Below are positions 28,997 through 40,316 of a stretch of DNA of 64,000 nucleotides, one piece after another. Numbering within the stretch: the first letter of the stretch is position 1; each line of letters opens with the position of its first letter. The position numbers were made by a program, and so were the translations under genes. The notes under the pieces are model-generated. The model saw only the letters and a list, made by a program, of their open reading frames with translations, did not search any database and had not been told where the DNA came from. The DNA lies in NCBI GenBank assembly GCA_030650795.1, contig JAUSDJ010000017.1:130699-194698 (forward strand), in the 5' to 3' direction. This DNA is from Actinomycetota bacterium. GTDB taxonomy: Bacteria > Actinomycetota > Actinomycetes > S36-B12.

Positions 28997-29533
28997 CTAG
29001 TTCGCGCGATACCGGATGGCAACGCTGCCGACCGCACGGTCATGCAGGCCTCGGCCCTGCGAGTCCAAGACGACCGCTGGGATCACGAAGCAGATCAGCA
29101 GGGTTCGTAAGGCAATACGCCACAGCGACAAGCGCACTCCATGGAGATCAACGACTTCCACCCGCAAGAGGCGTTGCCCAAAACTGCTGGCGAAGAACCA
29201 GGTGAACAAGGTGATCTCGGCGAAGAAGACCAGCAGAATCGGAATGGCTGCGTTCTCGCTCCACGGGCGCAAGCCTGGAAAAATCACTGAGGCGACCAAC
29301 AAGCTGGTTACCCAATCGATGGTGATTGCCGCGAGCCGCCGGCCAAGGCCGGCAAGCTCGCCGGGCAGCGCGATTGGGACGGGGGAAGTCACCTGGGAAC
29401 CGTAGTGGGCCGCAATCTGCTCACGGCGATCGGCATGTGGCTGCCGCGAGCCGACTACTAGAGTGCTGATCGTTCCTGGGCCCTTGGCCCACCCGAGAGT
29501 GAAAGTCCCCATGTGGGCCACGAGACGCACCAT
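28997..29533 (-). CDS. RDD-family membrane protein
   Basis: [15 protein letters not shown] and ...[10 protein letters not shown] typical of the RDD family. Start uncertain (29533 or 29512). Confidence 0.75.
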   Translation of the reverse strand: MVRLVAHMGTFTLGWAKGPGTISTLVVGSRQPHADRREQIAAHYGSQVTSPVPIALPGELAGLGRRLAAITIDWVTSLLVASVIFPGLRPWSENAAIPILLVFFAEITLFTWFFASSFGQRLLRVEVVDLHGVRLSLWRIALRTLLICFVIPAVVLDSQGRGLHDRAVGSVAIRYRAN

Positions 29534-29550
29534 CTGGTGCAGGAGGTGTC

Positions 29551-30975
29551 ATGTTCAGCAATGCCGAGGAAGCGCTCAAGTACGTCAAGAACGAGGGCAT
29601 CGAATTCATTGATGTTCGCTTCATCGATCTGCCCGGAGTGATGCAGCACTTCAACATGCCGGCGGTGTCCTTCGACGAGAGCGTCTTCGAGGACGGTCTC
29701 ATGTTCGACGGATCCTCGATTCGCGGATTCCAAGCCATCCACGAATCCGACATGAAATTGATCCCGGATCCGGCAACTGCCTACCTTGATCCATTTCGCA
29801 AGGCCAAGACCCTGGTGATGAACTTCTCGATTCGCGATCCGTTCACCAACGAGCCCTACGGTCGCGATCCGCGCAGCGTGGCAGCCAATGCCGAGGCCTA
29901 CCTCACATCAACAGGCATTGCCGACACGGTGTACTTCGGGCCAGAAGCCGAGTTCTACGTCTTCGATGAAGTGCGTTTTGACTCCAACCAACACGAGTCG
30001 TACTACCACATTGACTCCATCGAGGCTGCTTGGAACACCGGGCGCATCGAGGAGGGCGGCAACCTTGGCTACAAGACTCCATACAAGGGCGGCTACTTCC
30101 CAGTGCCACCCGTTGATCACTTTGCAGACATTCGCGATGACATGGTCACCAAGTTGCTCGGCGTCGGGCTGACAGTCGAGCGTTCACACCATGAGGTCGG
30201 CACTGCAGGTCAAGGCGAGATCAACTACAAGTTCAACACACTGCAGCACGCCGCCGATGAGGTCATGCTGTTCAAGTACATCATCAAGAACGTGGCCTGG
30301 GAGCATGGAAAGAGCGCGACCTTCATGCCCAAGCCACTCTTCGGTGACAACGGATCCGGCATGCACTGCCACCAGTCGTTGTGGAAGGACGGCAAGCCGC
30401 TGTTCTACGACGAGCGCGGCTACGGCGGACTGTCGGACATCGCTCGTTGGTACATCGGTGGCCTACTTCACCACGCACCATCGCTCTTGGCATTCACCAA
30501 TCCAACAGTCAATAGTTATCACCGCCTCGTGCCTGGCTACGAAGCTCCGGTAAACCTCGTCTACTCCGCTCGCAATCGCTCGGCGTGCATTCGCATCCCA
30601 GTGTCGGGCAACAATCCCAAGGCCAAGCGCATCGAATTCCGCGTGCCTGATCCTTCAGCAAATCCCTACCTCGCATTTGCCGCCCAGCTCATGGCTGGCA
30701 TCGACGGGATCAGGAACAAGATCGAACCGCTTGCACCTGTCGACAAGGATCTTTACGAACTCCCACCTGACGAGCACGCGGCAATTCCGCAGGTTCCGGC
30801 CTCACTGGGCGAGGCGCTCACGGCCCTTGAAGCCGACAACGAGTATCTGCAGGCGGGTGGGGTGTTCCCTCTTGATCTGATCGAGACCTGGATCGACTAC
30901 AAGCGGAGCAAGGAGATCGAGCCAATCCAATTGCGCCCGCATCCATATGAGTTCAACCTCTATTACGACATCTAG
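29551..30975 (+). CDS. glnA: glutamine synthetase type I
   Basis: [21 protein letters not shown]. Adenylylation-loop region ...NLYELPP.... RBS CAGGAGG. Confidence 0.95.
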   Translation: MFSNAEEALKYVKNEGIEFIDVRFIDLPGVMQHFNMPAVSFDESVFEDGLMFDGSSIRGFQAIHESDMKLIPDPATAYLDPFRKAKTLVMNFSIRDPFTNEPYGRDPRSVAANAEAYLTSTGIADTVYFGPEAEFYVFDEVRFDSNQHESYYHIDSIEAAWNTGRIEEGGNLGYKTPYKGGYFPVPPVDHFADIRDDMVTKLLGVGLTVERSHHEVGTAGQGEINYKFNTLQHAADEVMLFKYIIKNVAWEHGKSATFMPKPLFGDNGSGMHCHQSLWKDGKPLFYDERGYGGLSDIARWYIGGLLHHAPSLLAFTNPTVNSYHRLVPGYEAPVNLVYSARNRSACIRIPVSGNNPKAKRIEFRVPDPSANPYLAFAAQLMAGIDGIRNKIEPLAPVDKDLYELPPDEHAAIPQVPASLGEALTALEADNEYLQAGGVFPLDLIETWIDYKRSKEIEPIQLRPHPYEFNLYYDI

Positions 30976-31003
30976 GCAAGAACCGCGTTTCACGCTTCGA
31001 CAT

Positions 31004-31037
31004 GAAATGGAGTGGGCCTTCGGGTCCACTCCATTTC
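31004..31037 (+). terminator. stem-loop terminator candidate after glnA
   Basis: GAAATGGAGTGGGCC-TTCG-GGTCCACTCCATTTC: 15-bp stem (one G-U) with a TTCG loop, 28 nt after the stop. No strong U-tract. Confidence 0.6.
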
Positions 31038-31116
31038 ATCTTCCTATGGCAGTATGAAAAGCAGTCGAGCAAAGGGGTGGCATGGTCGTGTGCGCTAGCC
31101 ACACTGGAGCCTAGAC

Positions 31117-32406
31117 ATGCGCACGGTCATCAAGCGAACCTCACTCATTCTTGCTGCCCTACTGGTCGCGGCATTGGTATTTGTCGGTTGGTCCATTTAC
31201 AGCGCGATGGACCAGAGACCCGGCGAACCATTTCAAGTCGTAGCTGCAACGTGGATGCGCGACCATCACATGGGCGCCGTGGTTGCGCGCATGGAGGACT
31301 TCTACTACCAGTACATCAACAAACCTGAAGTCGGCGGAAGGCCAAAGATCTCTGCGAGTTTTGGCCCGGGTGAGGTGACACCACCACCAAGCCCAGCTGC
31401 TTCGCCATCACCAAGTGCATCGATCCCATCCACGCCCTCCCCGAGCCCAACATCGAGTTCTCCAGCCTCCGCTCTACCGACCACCCCTCCTGACTTCAAC
31501 TTCTCCCCTGGACCAAGACCCACGACTGACCCGGGTGCAGTCACCCACCTCAGCCCCCCAGTTGATCTCATTTCGCCCGTTGCCGTTCCCGAGCCATTGG
31601 AAGGTGTCTGGCAAGGCGTCGGCAGCAAGGTTGATGGGCAGCACGCGGTGTATGTCACGCGCGTGCGCACTGACAATGTCCACACCAGTTATTACGCGAC
31701 GGCAATGTGGCTGGACACCTCACTTCTGAACTCAATGTTCGTGCCGGGATATGAAGAGCCCAAGGGCGGAGCAAATCCATTCAACGGAGCACTGCCGCAA
31801 GAGCTCTGGCCCCTCGTGATGGCCAACACCAATGGTGCATTCCGACTCGAGGACACGCGTGCCGGATATTGGTACGACGGCCAGATGGTCCATCCTCTGG
31901 AAAAGGGCCGCGCCTCAGCGGTCTTCTATCGCGACGGGCAAGTCTTCATCGGCAGATGGGGGAGAAATCTCAGCTTGACTCCGGACATGATCGCCGTGCG
32001 GCAGAACTTGGATTTGATCGTTGATCACGGTCAGTCAAAGGTCAACGGACCCGAGTACAACGTCAACTGGGGTGCCACAACGGACAAGGAGAATCTTGCG
32101 TGGCGGGCGGGCATGGGCCAACGCGCTGACGGCAGTCTGGTGTATGTCGTTGGCCAAGCACTGTCAGCTCAGAGCCTCGCAGACACTTTGGTTGCAACTG
32201 GAGTGCAGCGAGCGATGGTGCTCGACATGAATGAGTACTGGTCGGCCGGCTTCTTCTTCAATCACCAGCGAGATGGCGATCCCATTTGTCACAAGCTCGA
32301 CCCGGACACATCTGGTCCTTGCGATCGATTCCTGCATTCCTTCGCTCGGGACAGCTTCCAGTTTCTCGCGGCGTATCCACTGACCAAGCGTCACCCCGCG
32401 TCGTAG
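31117..32406 (+). CDS. membrane-anchored extracellular protein with Pro/Ser-rich linker; possibly phosphodiester glycosidase (DUF2233/NAGPA-like)
   Basis: N-terminal TM helix TSLILAALLVAALVFVGW and linker PPPSPAASPSPSASIPSTPSPSPTSSSPAS. The C-terminal domain assignment is from memory of similar actinobacterial proteins and is weak. Confidence 0.6.
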   Translation: MRTVIKRTSLILAALLVAALVFVGWSIYSAMDQRPGEPFQVVAATWMRDHHMGAVVARMEDFYYQYINKPEVGGRPKISASFGPGEVTPPPSPAASPSPSASIPSTPSPSPTSSSPASALPTTPPDFNFSPGPRPTTDPGAVTHLSPPVDLISPVAVPEPLEGVWQGVGSKVDGQHAVYVTRVRTDNVHTSYYATAMWLDTSLLNSMFVPGYEEPKGGANPFNGALPQELWPLVMANTNGAFRLEDTRAGYWYDGQMVHPLEKGRASAVFYRDGQVFIGRWGRNLSLTPDMIAVRQNLDLIVDHGQSKVNGPEYNVNWGATTDKENLAWRAGMGQRADGSLVYVVGQALSAQSLADTLVATGVQRAMVLDMNEYWSAGFFFNHQRDGDPICHKLDPDTSGPCDRFLHSFARDSFQFLAAYPLTKRHPAS

Positions 32407-35400
32407 AAGACTCGCTCCATAACATTGCGCGCGCGACGGGTGATGCGCTGGTAGTCCTCCAGCACTCGGCCGGAGTCCTCTGGCGAGTAGCCGAGCACAT
32501 ATGCAATCCCCCGCAGTTCACGAATATCAGTTGGGACAAGATCGGAGGCATGCGCTCGCACCAACATCACAGCGTCACGAATGCGCGCGGCGAACTGCCA
32601 GGCCGTGCGCAAGTAGTCGACATCTTCGCGAAGGATGAGCCCGGCCTGGCAGGCAGCTTCGAGGGCTTCCAATGTTCGAGTGGTGCGAAGACCGGGAACT
32701 GCGTAGGCGTGCTGCAACTGCAGCAGTTGCGCTACCCATTCAACATCGCTGAGGCCACCGCGGCCGAGTTTGGTGTGCAGATTCGGGTCCGCGCCGCGAG
32801 GAAGTCGTTCTGACTCCATGCGCGCCTTCAGCCGTCTGATTTCGCGCACCTGATCTGGTTCCAGGCCCGCAGCCGGATAGCGCAGCGGAGCGATGATCCC
32901 TTCGAAGCGAGCACCGAGTTCAGCATCGCCAGCAACGAACACTGCGCGAAGCAAGGCTTGCGATTCCCATCCCGCCGACCATCGCGCGTAATAGGCCGCG
33001 TACGAATCAAGACTGCGTACCAACGGTCCCTGTCTGCCTTCGGGACGCAGATCAGCGTCAATCACCAGTTGCGGGTCGTTGCTCTGCGCCATCAATCGCT
33101 TGCGCATGTCATTGGCCACCTGAAATGCAAGCCGGCCGGCAGTCTCTGGATCAGCGCCCTCATGTGGGTCATAGACAAACATGACATCCACATCACTACC
33201 CAGTCCCAGTTCATGCCCACCAAATCGTCCCATCGCGATCACCGAAAAGGCGAAGGGCAAGGGGGCTTGGAATTCGGTGGCTACGACACTGAGCGAGACC
33301 CCAAGGGCGCCAACAAGAGTTGCAGCAGAGACGTCCGTCAATGCTAGTTCCACTGCATCGACGTCACTGAGGTGCAACAGCTGGGCCGCCGAAATTCGAA
33401 AGAGCTCACGCCGACGCAGCGCTCGAACAGCAGCTACCGCCCGGTCTGGCTCGTCATATCTGCCGATGGCGGCCTGCACTTCGGCAATGAGGTTCGCGCG
33501 TGAGCGCGGTCTGAGCTCCTGATCATCAACCAGCATGGCGACACTGTCAGGGGCACGAAGCAACAGATCAGTTGCATAACGACTGCTCGCCAGGAGTTGT
33601 GCCATCCGCTCCGCGGCCACCGACTCGTCTCGCAACAGACCCAGATACCAATGGGTAGAGCCCAGCGCTTCGCTCACTCGACGAAATCCGAGCAATCCAC
33701 CGTCTGGCTCTGGTGCGTTTGCGAACCAGCCCAAGAGAACGGGCAACAAGGTGCGCTGAATTGAAGCTCGGCGGCTGACACCGACAGTGAGTGCCTCGAT
33801 GTGGCGCAAAGCGCCGGGTGGGTCTTGGTAGCCCAGTACGCGCAGTCGTTCTTCCGCGGCTTGAGGCGTGAGCCGGGCTGAGCCGGCATCAAGGCGAGCC
33901 ACCGCCAGTAGCAATGGCCGATAGAACAGCTTCTCGTGCAGCCTTCGCACCTCGAGTGCATGACGCTTCCAGACGGCGACGAGCTCATTTACAGGATCAC
34001 TGCGGTAGCCCATCGACCTCCCCAGGCGGCGAAGTTCCATGTCGGTGTCGGGCATGGTGTGCGTGCGACGCAGTCGGAACAGTTGGATGCGATGTTCAAG
34101 AGTGCGAAGGAAGGAATAGGCCTCGCCGAGAGTTGAAGCATCAGCTCTGCCGACATATCCCCACGTCGCCAGGGATTCCAGCGCTTCCAGCGTTGTTCGG
34201 CTCCGGATGAGGACGTCACTTCGGCCATGCACGAGCTGGAGCAGTTGCACAGCAAACTCCACATCCCGAAGGCCACCGGGAGCAAGTTTGAGTTCACGCG
34301 CTCCGATCCGGCTAGGGATATTCGCCTCGACACGGCGACGCATAGCTTGGGCGTCCTCGACAAAGCCTTCGTGTTCAACTGCGCTCCAGACAAAGGGAGC
34401 TACGGCTTCCACATAGCGCTCGCCGAGCACCTGATCTCCCGCTGCATATCTGGCCTTCAAAAGAGCCTGGAACTCCCATGTCTTCGCCCAGCGCTCGTAG
34501 TAGTCCACATGCGAGTCAATCGTGCGCACCAAGGCTCCCTGTCTGCCTTCAGGTCGCAGATTCGGATCAACCTCCCAGATGCGTCCCTCCTGAGTGGTCT
34601 CATTGCAGGCGCGCATAAGTCCAGTTGCGAGCAAGGTGGCCGTTCGCAAGGCCGCATCTTCATCACCATCGATTGATTCCGCAACGAAGATGACGTCGAC
34701 ATCGCTGACGTAGTTGAGTTCGCGACCACCACACTTGCCCATTCCGATGACTGCGAATCGACAATCAGCGAACTCGGCAGGCACGCCCGCTCGAGCGATC
34801 GCCACACCTGCCTCAAGTACAGCGTCGGCCAGGTCGGACAACCATGTCGCAACCAACTTCATCGGTGCCAGCTGCGAGAGATCACGACTTGCGATACCCA
34901 AGAGTTCACGACGATACGCGATGCGCAATGCGTCCAGGGTCGCTGTTGAGTCATCGCGAGATGGTGCGAGCTCATTATTCGCATCTGCGCCAACAGCAGT
35001 GAGCAAGCGGGACCGCACTTCTGTCGCGATTGGTGTGCGAGCCAGGGCTTCCCCATCCATCAGCACCTCAACCTGCTTTGGATGCCGCACGAGGAAATCG
35101 CCGAGAGCTTCGGACATCCCGAGAACATCCAGCAGCCGACCGCGGAAGTCCTGATCCGATCGAAACAGGGACTTGGCCCGCGCATCGCAGCATTCAAAGA
35201 AGCGCTCAAGCATTCTGAGTGCAAGGTCTGGGTCAGCAACACCGCTCAGGCTCGCCAACAGATCCAGGTCGGGTCCATCAAGGACAAGCGCGACGGCTGG
35301 ACGCTGAAGGATCTGCTCAGCTCGATCGACATCGACAATGCCGAGGCGAACTAGGCGACTGGCCGGCGAAGAGTGGCGTCCGCTACCTACCCCCTCGCTC

Positions 35401-35411
35401 ATGGAAACCAT
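32391..35411 (-). CDS. glnE: bifunctional glutamine synthetase adenylyltransferase/adenylyl-removing enzyme
   Basis: 1006 aa with duplicated nucleotidyltransferase motifs GMGKCGGRELNYVSDVDVIFV and AMGRFGGHELGLGSDVDVMFVY. Confidence 0.93.
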   Translation of the reverse strand: MVSMSEGVGSGRHSSPASRLVRLGIVDVDRAEQILQRPAVALVLDGPDLDLLASLSGVADPDLALRMLERFFECCDARAKSLFRSDQDFRGRLLDVLGMSEALGDFLVRHPKQVEVLMDGEALARTPIATEVRSRLLTAVGADANNELAPSRDDSTATLDALRIAYRRELLGIASRDLSQLAPMKLVATWLSDLADAVLEAGVAIARAGVPAEFADCRFAVIGMGKCGGRELNYVSDVDVIFVAESIDGDEDAALRTATLLATGLMRACNETTQEGRIWEVDPNLRPEGRQGALVRTIDSHVDYYERWAKTWEFQALLKARYAAGDQVLGERYVEAVAPFVWSAVEHEGFVEDAQAMRRRVEANIPSRIGARELKLAPGGLRDVEFAVQLLQLVHGRSDVLIRSRTTLEALESLATWGYVGRADASTLGEAYSFLRTLEHRIQLFRLRRTHTMPDTDMELRRLGRSMGYRSDPVNELVAVWKRHALEVRRLHEKLFYRPLLLAVARLDAGSARLTPQAAEERLRVLGYQDPPGALRHIEALTVGVSRRASIQRTLLPVLLGWFANAPEPDGGLLGFRRVSEALGSTHWYLGLLRDESVAAERMAQLLASSRYATDLLLRAPDSVAMLVDDQELRPRSRANLIAEVQAAIGRYDEPDRAVAAVRALRRRELFRISAAQLLHLSDVDAVELALTDVSAATLVGALGVSLSVVATEFQAPLPFAFSVIAMGRFGGHELGLGSDVDVMFVYDPHEGADPETAGRLAFQVANDMRKRLMAQSNDPQLVIDADLRPEGRQGPLVRSLDSYAAYYARWSAGWESQALLRAVFVAGDAELGARFEGIIAPLRYPAAGLEPDQVREIRRLKARMESERLPRGADPNLHTKLGRGGLSDVEWVAQLLQLQHAYAVPGLRTTRTLEALEAACQAGLILREDVDYLRTAWQFAARIRDAVMLVRAHASDLVPTDIRELRGIAYVLGYSPEDSGRVLEDYQRITRRARNVMERVFYDAG

Positions 35412-35437
35412 TCAACCGTGAGAGCTGGATACCGGAG

Positions 35438-36775
35438 CTACAGACGGGGCAAGTACTGGTCAAGCTCCCATTGGCTTACCTGTCCGCGGTAGTTATCCCA
35501 TTCGGCCTTCTTGTTACGCAGGAAGAAGTCGAAGACATGCTCGCCAAGGGTCTCGGCCACCAGTTCTGAGCGTTCCATTACCTCAAGTGCTTGGCCCAGG
35601 CTTGCGGGCAGGGCCTTCATCCCCAGCGCCCTGCGCTCTGACTCGGTCAGTGCCCAGACATCCTCTTCTGCACCTGCAGGTAACTCGTAACCCTCTTCTA
35701 TGCCCTTCAAGCCGGCAGCCAGGATGACTGCGTAGGCGAGGTAGGGGTTGGCCGCACTATCAAGGGCGCGGTACTCAATGCGGGTGCTGTTGCCCTTGGA
35801 GGGCTTGTACATCGGCACACGGATCAAGGCAGAACTGTTGTTGTGCCCCCAGCAAGCCCAGGCCGGGGCCTCCGCGCCACCGAGTAGGCGCTTATAGGAG
35901 TTCACCCACTGATTCGTGACAGCCGTGATCTCTGGCGCGTGCTGCAACAAACCAGCGATGAAGGCGCGACCAAGCTTCGAGAGCTGCAGAGGGGCTCCAG
36001 CTTCGTAGAAGACATTGCGGTCACCCTCGAACAGCGAAAGATGCGTGTGCATTCCAGAACCGGGGTGCTGGGTGAACGGCTTGGGCATGAATGTTGCGAA
36101 CATCCCTTGCTCCAGCGCAACCTCCTGCATGACCAGACGGAAGGTCATGAGGTTGTCCGACGTGGTCAGCGCATCGGCATACCGAAGATCGATCTCCTGC
36201 TGCCCAGGTCCGCCCTCGTGATGTGAGAACTCAACTGAGATGCCCATCTGCTCAAGCATCATGATCGCCTGGCGGCGGAAATCCGCGGACTGTCCGTGCG
36301 GAGTGTTATCGAAGTAGCCGTAAGAGTCAGCAGGCTCAGGAAGCTCACCAAGCTTGTGTCGACCTTGCAGCAGGTAGAACTCAACCTCAGGATGCACGTA
36401 GAAAGTGAAACCGAGATCGGCAGCGCGAGTCAGCGTTCGCTTGAGAACAAAGCGCGGATCGGCGTACGAGGCGCTGCCATCGGGCATCTGGATGTCGCAG
36501 AACAATCGCGCAGCACCAGGGCCTTCACTTCGCCAAGGCAGCAGTGAGAAAGTGCCCGGATCTGGCTTGGCGATCATGTCGGATTCGTAAACGCGCGTGA
36601 AGCCTTCAATCGCCGAGCCGTCAAAGCCGATGCCTTCAGCAAACGCGCCTTCCAGTTCCGCCGGAGCAATTGCAACCGACTTCAGTGTGCCGAGCACATC
36701 GGTGAACCAGAGACGAACGAATCGAATATCTCGCTCCTCGATCGTGCGCAGCACAAATTCGGCCTGCTTATCCAT
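35438..36775 (-). CDS. glnA2: glutamine synthetase family protein (GlnA2-type)
   Basis: FMPKPFTQHPGSGMHTHLSLF. Conserved position next to glnE. Confidence 0.9.
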   Translation of the reverse strand: MDKQAEFVLRTIEERDIRFVRLWFTDVLGTLKSVAIAPAELEGAFAEGIGFDGSAIEGFTRVYESDMIAKPDPGTFSLLPWRSEGPGAARLFCDIQMPDGSASYADPRFVLKRTLTRAADLGFTFYVHPEVEFYLLQGRHKLGELPEPADSYGYFDNTPHGQSADFRRQAIMMLEQMGISVEFSHHEGGPGQQEIDLRYADALTTSDNLMTFRLVMQEVALEQGMFATFMPKPFTQHPGSGMHTHLSLFEGDRNVFYEAGAPLQLSKLGRAFIAGLLQHAPEITAVTNQWVNSYKRLLGGAEAPAWACWGHNNSSALIRVPMYKPSKGNSTRIEYRALDSAANPYLAYAVILAAGLKGIEEGYELPAGAEEDVWALTESERRALGMKALPASLGQALEVMERSELVAETLGEHVFDFFLRNKKAEWDNYRGQVSQWELDQYLPRL

Positions 36776-36899
36776 GTGGCGTTGACCTCCCGATAACGCA
36801 CGCCCGTCTCGAACAGACTGTACGTGGTCCCATTTTGCCCCTTGAAGTGTTACAGGCGTATGACATGAAGCCTGGACAATGGGTCGATACCCTCAGTGA

Positions 36900-38615
36900 A
36901 TGCCCACTTTGCGACTCGCCCTTGCTCAGGCAAACGCCACGGTTGGGGACCTCGAGGGCAATTCTCAGAAGATCTTGGATATGGCTGTCCAAGCGGGCGC
37001 TGCCGGCGCTCATCTCATCGCCTTTCCGGAAATGATGCTCACGGGATACCCAGTTGAGGATCTGGCCCTTCGTCCGTCCTATCAACATGCGTCCATTTCT
37101 GCACTTGACCGTCTGGCTGGCGATCTCGTTTCCGCCGGGCTGGGTGAACTGGTCACGGTCGTGGGATATCTCGATTGCGTTGACACCGGTCCTTCACATG
37201 CCCAAGTCTCCTCGCCGGTCAATGCCGCAGCCGTACTTCACCAAGGCCGCATCGTGGCGCGTTACATCAAGCACCACCTTCCCAACTACGGGGTCTTCGA
37301 CGAAGCTCGGTATTTTCTGCCTGGAACCACTCCAACGCATCTGCGCATCGGCGGCACGACCATCACTCTGGCTATTTGCGAGGATCTGTGGCGCACTGGT
37401 GGTCCGGTCGAATGGGCGCGTGAAGTCTCGTCCTCGCTCTTGCTCGTGCTGAATGCATCTCCATACGAACGTAACAAGACCGACGTGCGCAGGACACTCT
37501 GCAGCGAGCGCGCAATCGAGGCAGGCTGCGCCGTCGCTTACGTGAATCTGGTCGGTGGCCAGGATGAACTTGTCTTCGATGGCGATTCGCTGGTTGTGAA
37601 TGCCAAGGGCAAAGTTGTCGCCCGTGGCGCACAATTCGTGGAAGAGCTCGTCATTGTTGATCTGGCAATGCCCGAATCGCAGATCCATGACGATGTCACC
37701 CAACTCGCCGGTCAACTGAATACCGAAGAGCCAGCTGAAACTGGCGAGATCCGCGAACGTCTGCCGGAGTTTGACGAGATCTACTCAGCGTTGGTTTGCG
37801 GCCTCGCAGACTACGTGAACAAGAACCATTTCAAGAGTGTGATCCTGGGTTTGAGCGGAGGCATTGACTCTGCGCTTGTCGCCGCCCTTGCATGCGATGC
37901 CATCGGCGCAGATCGGGTGTACGCCGTATCCATGCCGAGCGTGTATTCGTCAGAACATTCCAAGGATGACGCGGCGGATATGGCAGAACGCACCGGATTA
38001 CACCTGCGCACTGTTCCGATTGCTCCCATGGTGGACGCATTCATGGGCTCACTGCACTTGACTGGGCTTGCCGAAGAAAACTTGCAAGCACGAGTGCGCG
38101 GAACGACGCTGATGGGCATCTCCAACCAGGAGGGCCACCTAGTGTTGACCACTGGCAATAAGAGCGAGCTGTCAGTTGGCTACTCAACGCTGTATGGCGA
38201 CAGTGTTGGTGGCTTCGCTCCGATCAAGGATGTTCCCAAGATGCTGGTGTGGGAGTTGTCCCGCTGGCGCAATGCGAATGCGGCCGAACTCGGCCAGACT
38301 CCGCCTATCCCACCGAGCAGCATTGAAAAGCCGCCGAGCGCTGAACTGCGTCCAGATCAAAAGGACTCTGATTCCCTTCCCGACTACCCAGTTCTTGATG
38401 CGCTGCTGGAGGGCTATGTGGCTTCCGACCACGGCTCAGCGCAGTTGATTGACGCTGGATTTGACCCGGCCATGGTCGATCGCATCATCCGATTGACAGA
38501 TGGTGCTGAGTACAAGCGTCGGCAATCCCCGCCAGGCACCAAGATCTCCCTGCGTGCCTTCGGCCGGGATCGGCGCCTGCCGATCACCAATGCCTGGCGC
38601 GAGGGTCGTTCCTGA
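36900..38615 (+). CDS. nadE: glutamine-dependent NAD+ synthetase
   Basis: N-terminal CN-hydrolase domain (AICEDLW) plus C-terminal LGLSGGIDSALVAAL PP-loop. Confidence 0.92.
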   Translation: MPTLRLALAQANATVGDLEGNSQKILDMAVQAGAAGAHLIAFPEMMLTGYPVEDLALRPSYQHASISALDRLAGDLVSAGLGELVTVVGYLDCVDTGPSHAQVSSPVNAAAVLHQGRIVARYIKHHLPNYGVFDEARYFLPGTTPTHLRIGGTTITLAICEDLWRTGGPVEWAREVSSSLLLVLNASPYERNKTDVRRTLCSERAIEAGCAVAYVNLVGGQDELVFDGDSLVVNAKGKVVARGAQFVEELVIVDLAMPESQIHDDVTQLAGQLNTEEPAETGEIRERLPEFDEIYSALVCGLADYVNKNHFKSVILGLSGGIDSALVAALACDAIGADRVYAVSMPSVYSSEHSKDDAADMAERTGLHLRTVPIAPMVDAFMGSLHLTGLAEENLQARVRGTTLMGISNQEGHLVLTTGNKSELSVGYSTLYGDSVGGFAPIKDVPKMLVWELSRWRNANAAELGQTPPIPPSSIEKPPSAELRPDQKDSDSLPDYPVLDALLEGYVASDHGSAQLIDAGFDPAMVDRIIRLTDGAEYKRRQSPPGTKISLRAFGRDRRLPITNAWREGRS

Positions 38616-38624
38616 CTACTCCGG

Positions 38625-40316
38625 CTATTCGGTCTGCTCGTACTCCTGAGCGGCCTCCGCGGCGTATGCAGCGCCCTCTTCCTTGACGAGCTCGTCCATC
38701 GGATCCACCGGCGGTCCGACCGGTGCTGCGCCCTGCGTGGGCGGGGTGATCATCGGCAGCCCGAAGCCCACCAAGAGCGCAGCGATTACCACGATGGTGA
38801 GTGACAGGAAGGTAGTGATGTGCGACGCAGAGAGATAGGCATCAAAGGCACTGTTCTGGAACTGTGTGACCAGTGAGGCCGGCAATCCCTGAAGGTGCCC
38901 GATGACTGCGAGCGTGGCAGGCAAGGACTCCGACGCAGCCTCCTGCACAGGTGCTGGCACAGGCACGGGGGAAGCTGCGAACACGGCATCCAGATTCAGG
39001 GCATAGCGCGTGGCAAGCACGGTGCCAACGATGGCCACGCCTAATGCGCCACCGACCTGACGCACAGCGTTCTGCACTGCTGAACCCGCACCAACCTTGC
39101 TCAGCGGCAGAACGTTCTGCAGCAAAGTAGACGCAGGAGCGATGACATTTCCCATGCCGAAGCCGAAGATGAAGAAGACGATGAGTGCCATCCAGATCGG
39201 TGTGTCCACTCGAATCAACAGCAAGCCGATCAAGGCGATCACCACAAGAACCAGGCCGGTCGTCATCACCCTGCGATAGCCGAAACGGATGACCATGCCA
39301 CCGCTTCGCGGGGCGGCAAGCAGCTGACCGACTGCGAAAGGCAGAAAGCACAGCCCAGCAGCAAGGGTGTCCATTCCGCGGATCAGCTGGAAGTAGAACG
39401 GCAAGGTGAAGGTGATGCCTGACATCGCGAAGAAGGTCAAGGTCACCGCTGAGAGGGCGATGGAATAGCCGCGGTTCTTGAACAGGCTCATGTCGAAGCT
39501 CGCGTGATCACTGCGGATCTCCAGAATCACGAAGACGGCCAGGATGATCGTGCCGAGCACGATCGGCACCAGCACAGGCGCCACCAGCCAGGCCTTGGTC
39601 TCAGACGCATGCACGATGCCGTAGACCAGCAGGAACATGCCCGTCGCTGAGATCAGCAGGCCGGGGACGTCCAACTTGCCCGCATGCGGATTCTTCGTTT
39701 CGGGGACGATCCTCCAGATGAAGAACAGGCCGACAATCACGATCGGCACATTGATGAGGAATACCGAACCAAACTGATTGCCGATCAGCCACTCGGTCCA
39801 ATGTGGGTTCTTCAGAAGGATGCCGCCGAGCACCGGACCAAGAGCGATGGCCGCGCCAACGCCACCGGCCCACATGCCGATTGCCTTGCCACGCTCGTGC
39901 GGAGGAAAGACAACGGTGATGATCGCCAAGGTCGTTGGCATGACCGCCGCGCCGCCGATGCCCATAACGGCCCGCCAACCGATCAGCATGCCTCCACTCG
40001 TGGAGAAGGCACACACCAATGAGGCCGCTCCGAATACGAACATGCCAGCCATCAGTACGAGCTTTCGTCCGTATTTGTCGCCTAAGACACCCATCGTGAA
40101 CAGCAATGCGGCGAAGGTCAGGATGTAGGAGTCAATGGCCCAGACAAGTTCCCCCTGGCTGGCATTGAGATCACGCTGGATCGTGGGCAGCGCAATGTTC
40201 AAGATTGTGTTGTCCAGGACCACGACGAGAAGGCTCACAACAAGTACTGCGAGGATCGGCCATCTGCGTGGGTGGCCCTCCCCTGAAGTCACCCAGGAAT
40301 CCATGCAGTGCCCCAT
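38625..40316 (-). CDS. MFS transporter, DHA2 (14-TMS, EmrB/QacA-like)
   Basis: 563 aa, polytopic, GVLGDKYGRKLVLMAG motif. Confidence 0.85.
   Translation of the reverse strand: MGHCMDSWVTSGEGHPRRWPILAVLVVSLLVVVLDNTILNIALPTIQRDLNASQGELVWAIDSYILTFAALLFTMGVLGDKYGRKLVLMAGMFVFGAASLVCAFSTSGGMLIGWRAVMGIGGAAVMPTTLAIITVVFPPHERGKAIGMWAGGVGAAIALGPVLGGILLKNPHWTEWLIGNQFGSVFLINVPIVIVGLFFIWRIVPETKNPHAGKLDVPGLLISATGMFLLVYGIVHASETKAWLVAPVLVPIVLGTIILAVFVILEIRSDHASFDMSLFKNRGYSIALSAVTLTFFAMSGITFTLPFYFQLIRGMDTLAAGLCFLPFAVGQLLAAPRSGGMVIRFGYRRVMTTGLVLVVIALIGLLLIRVDTPIWMALIVFFIFGFGMGNVIAPASTLLQNVLPLSKVGAGSAVQNAVRQVGGALGVAIVGTVLATRYALNLDAVFAASPVPVPAPVQEAASESLPATLAVIGHLQGLPASLVTQFQNSAFDAYLSASHITTFLSLTIVVIAALLVGFGLPMITPPTQGAAPVGPPVDPMDELVKEEGAAYAAEAAQEYEQTE

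Noticed and set aside
36776-36899. GlnR-type box in the divergent glnA2 / nadE intergenic region (GTTAC-aggcgt-ATGAC-atgaag)
   Set aside because: It only loosely resembles the gTnAc-n6-GaAAc repeat consensus. I cannot score it without a matrix and it is too degenerate to call.
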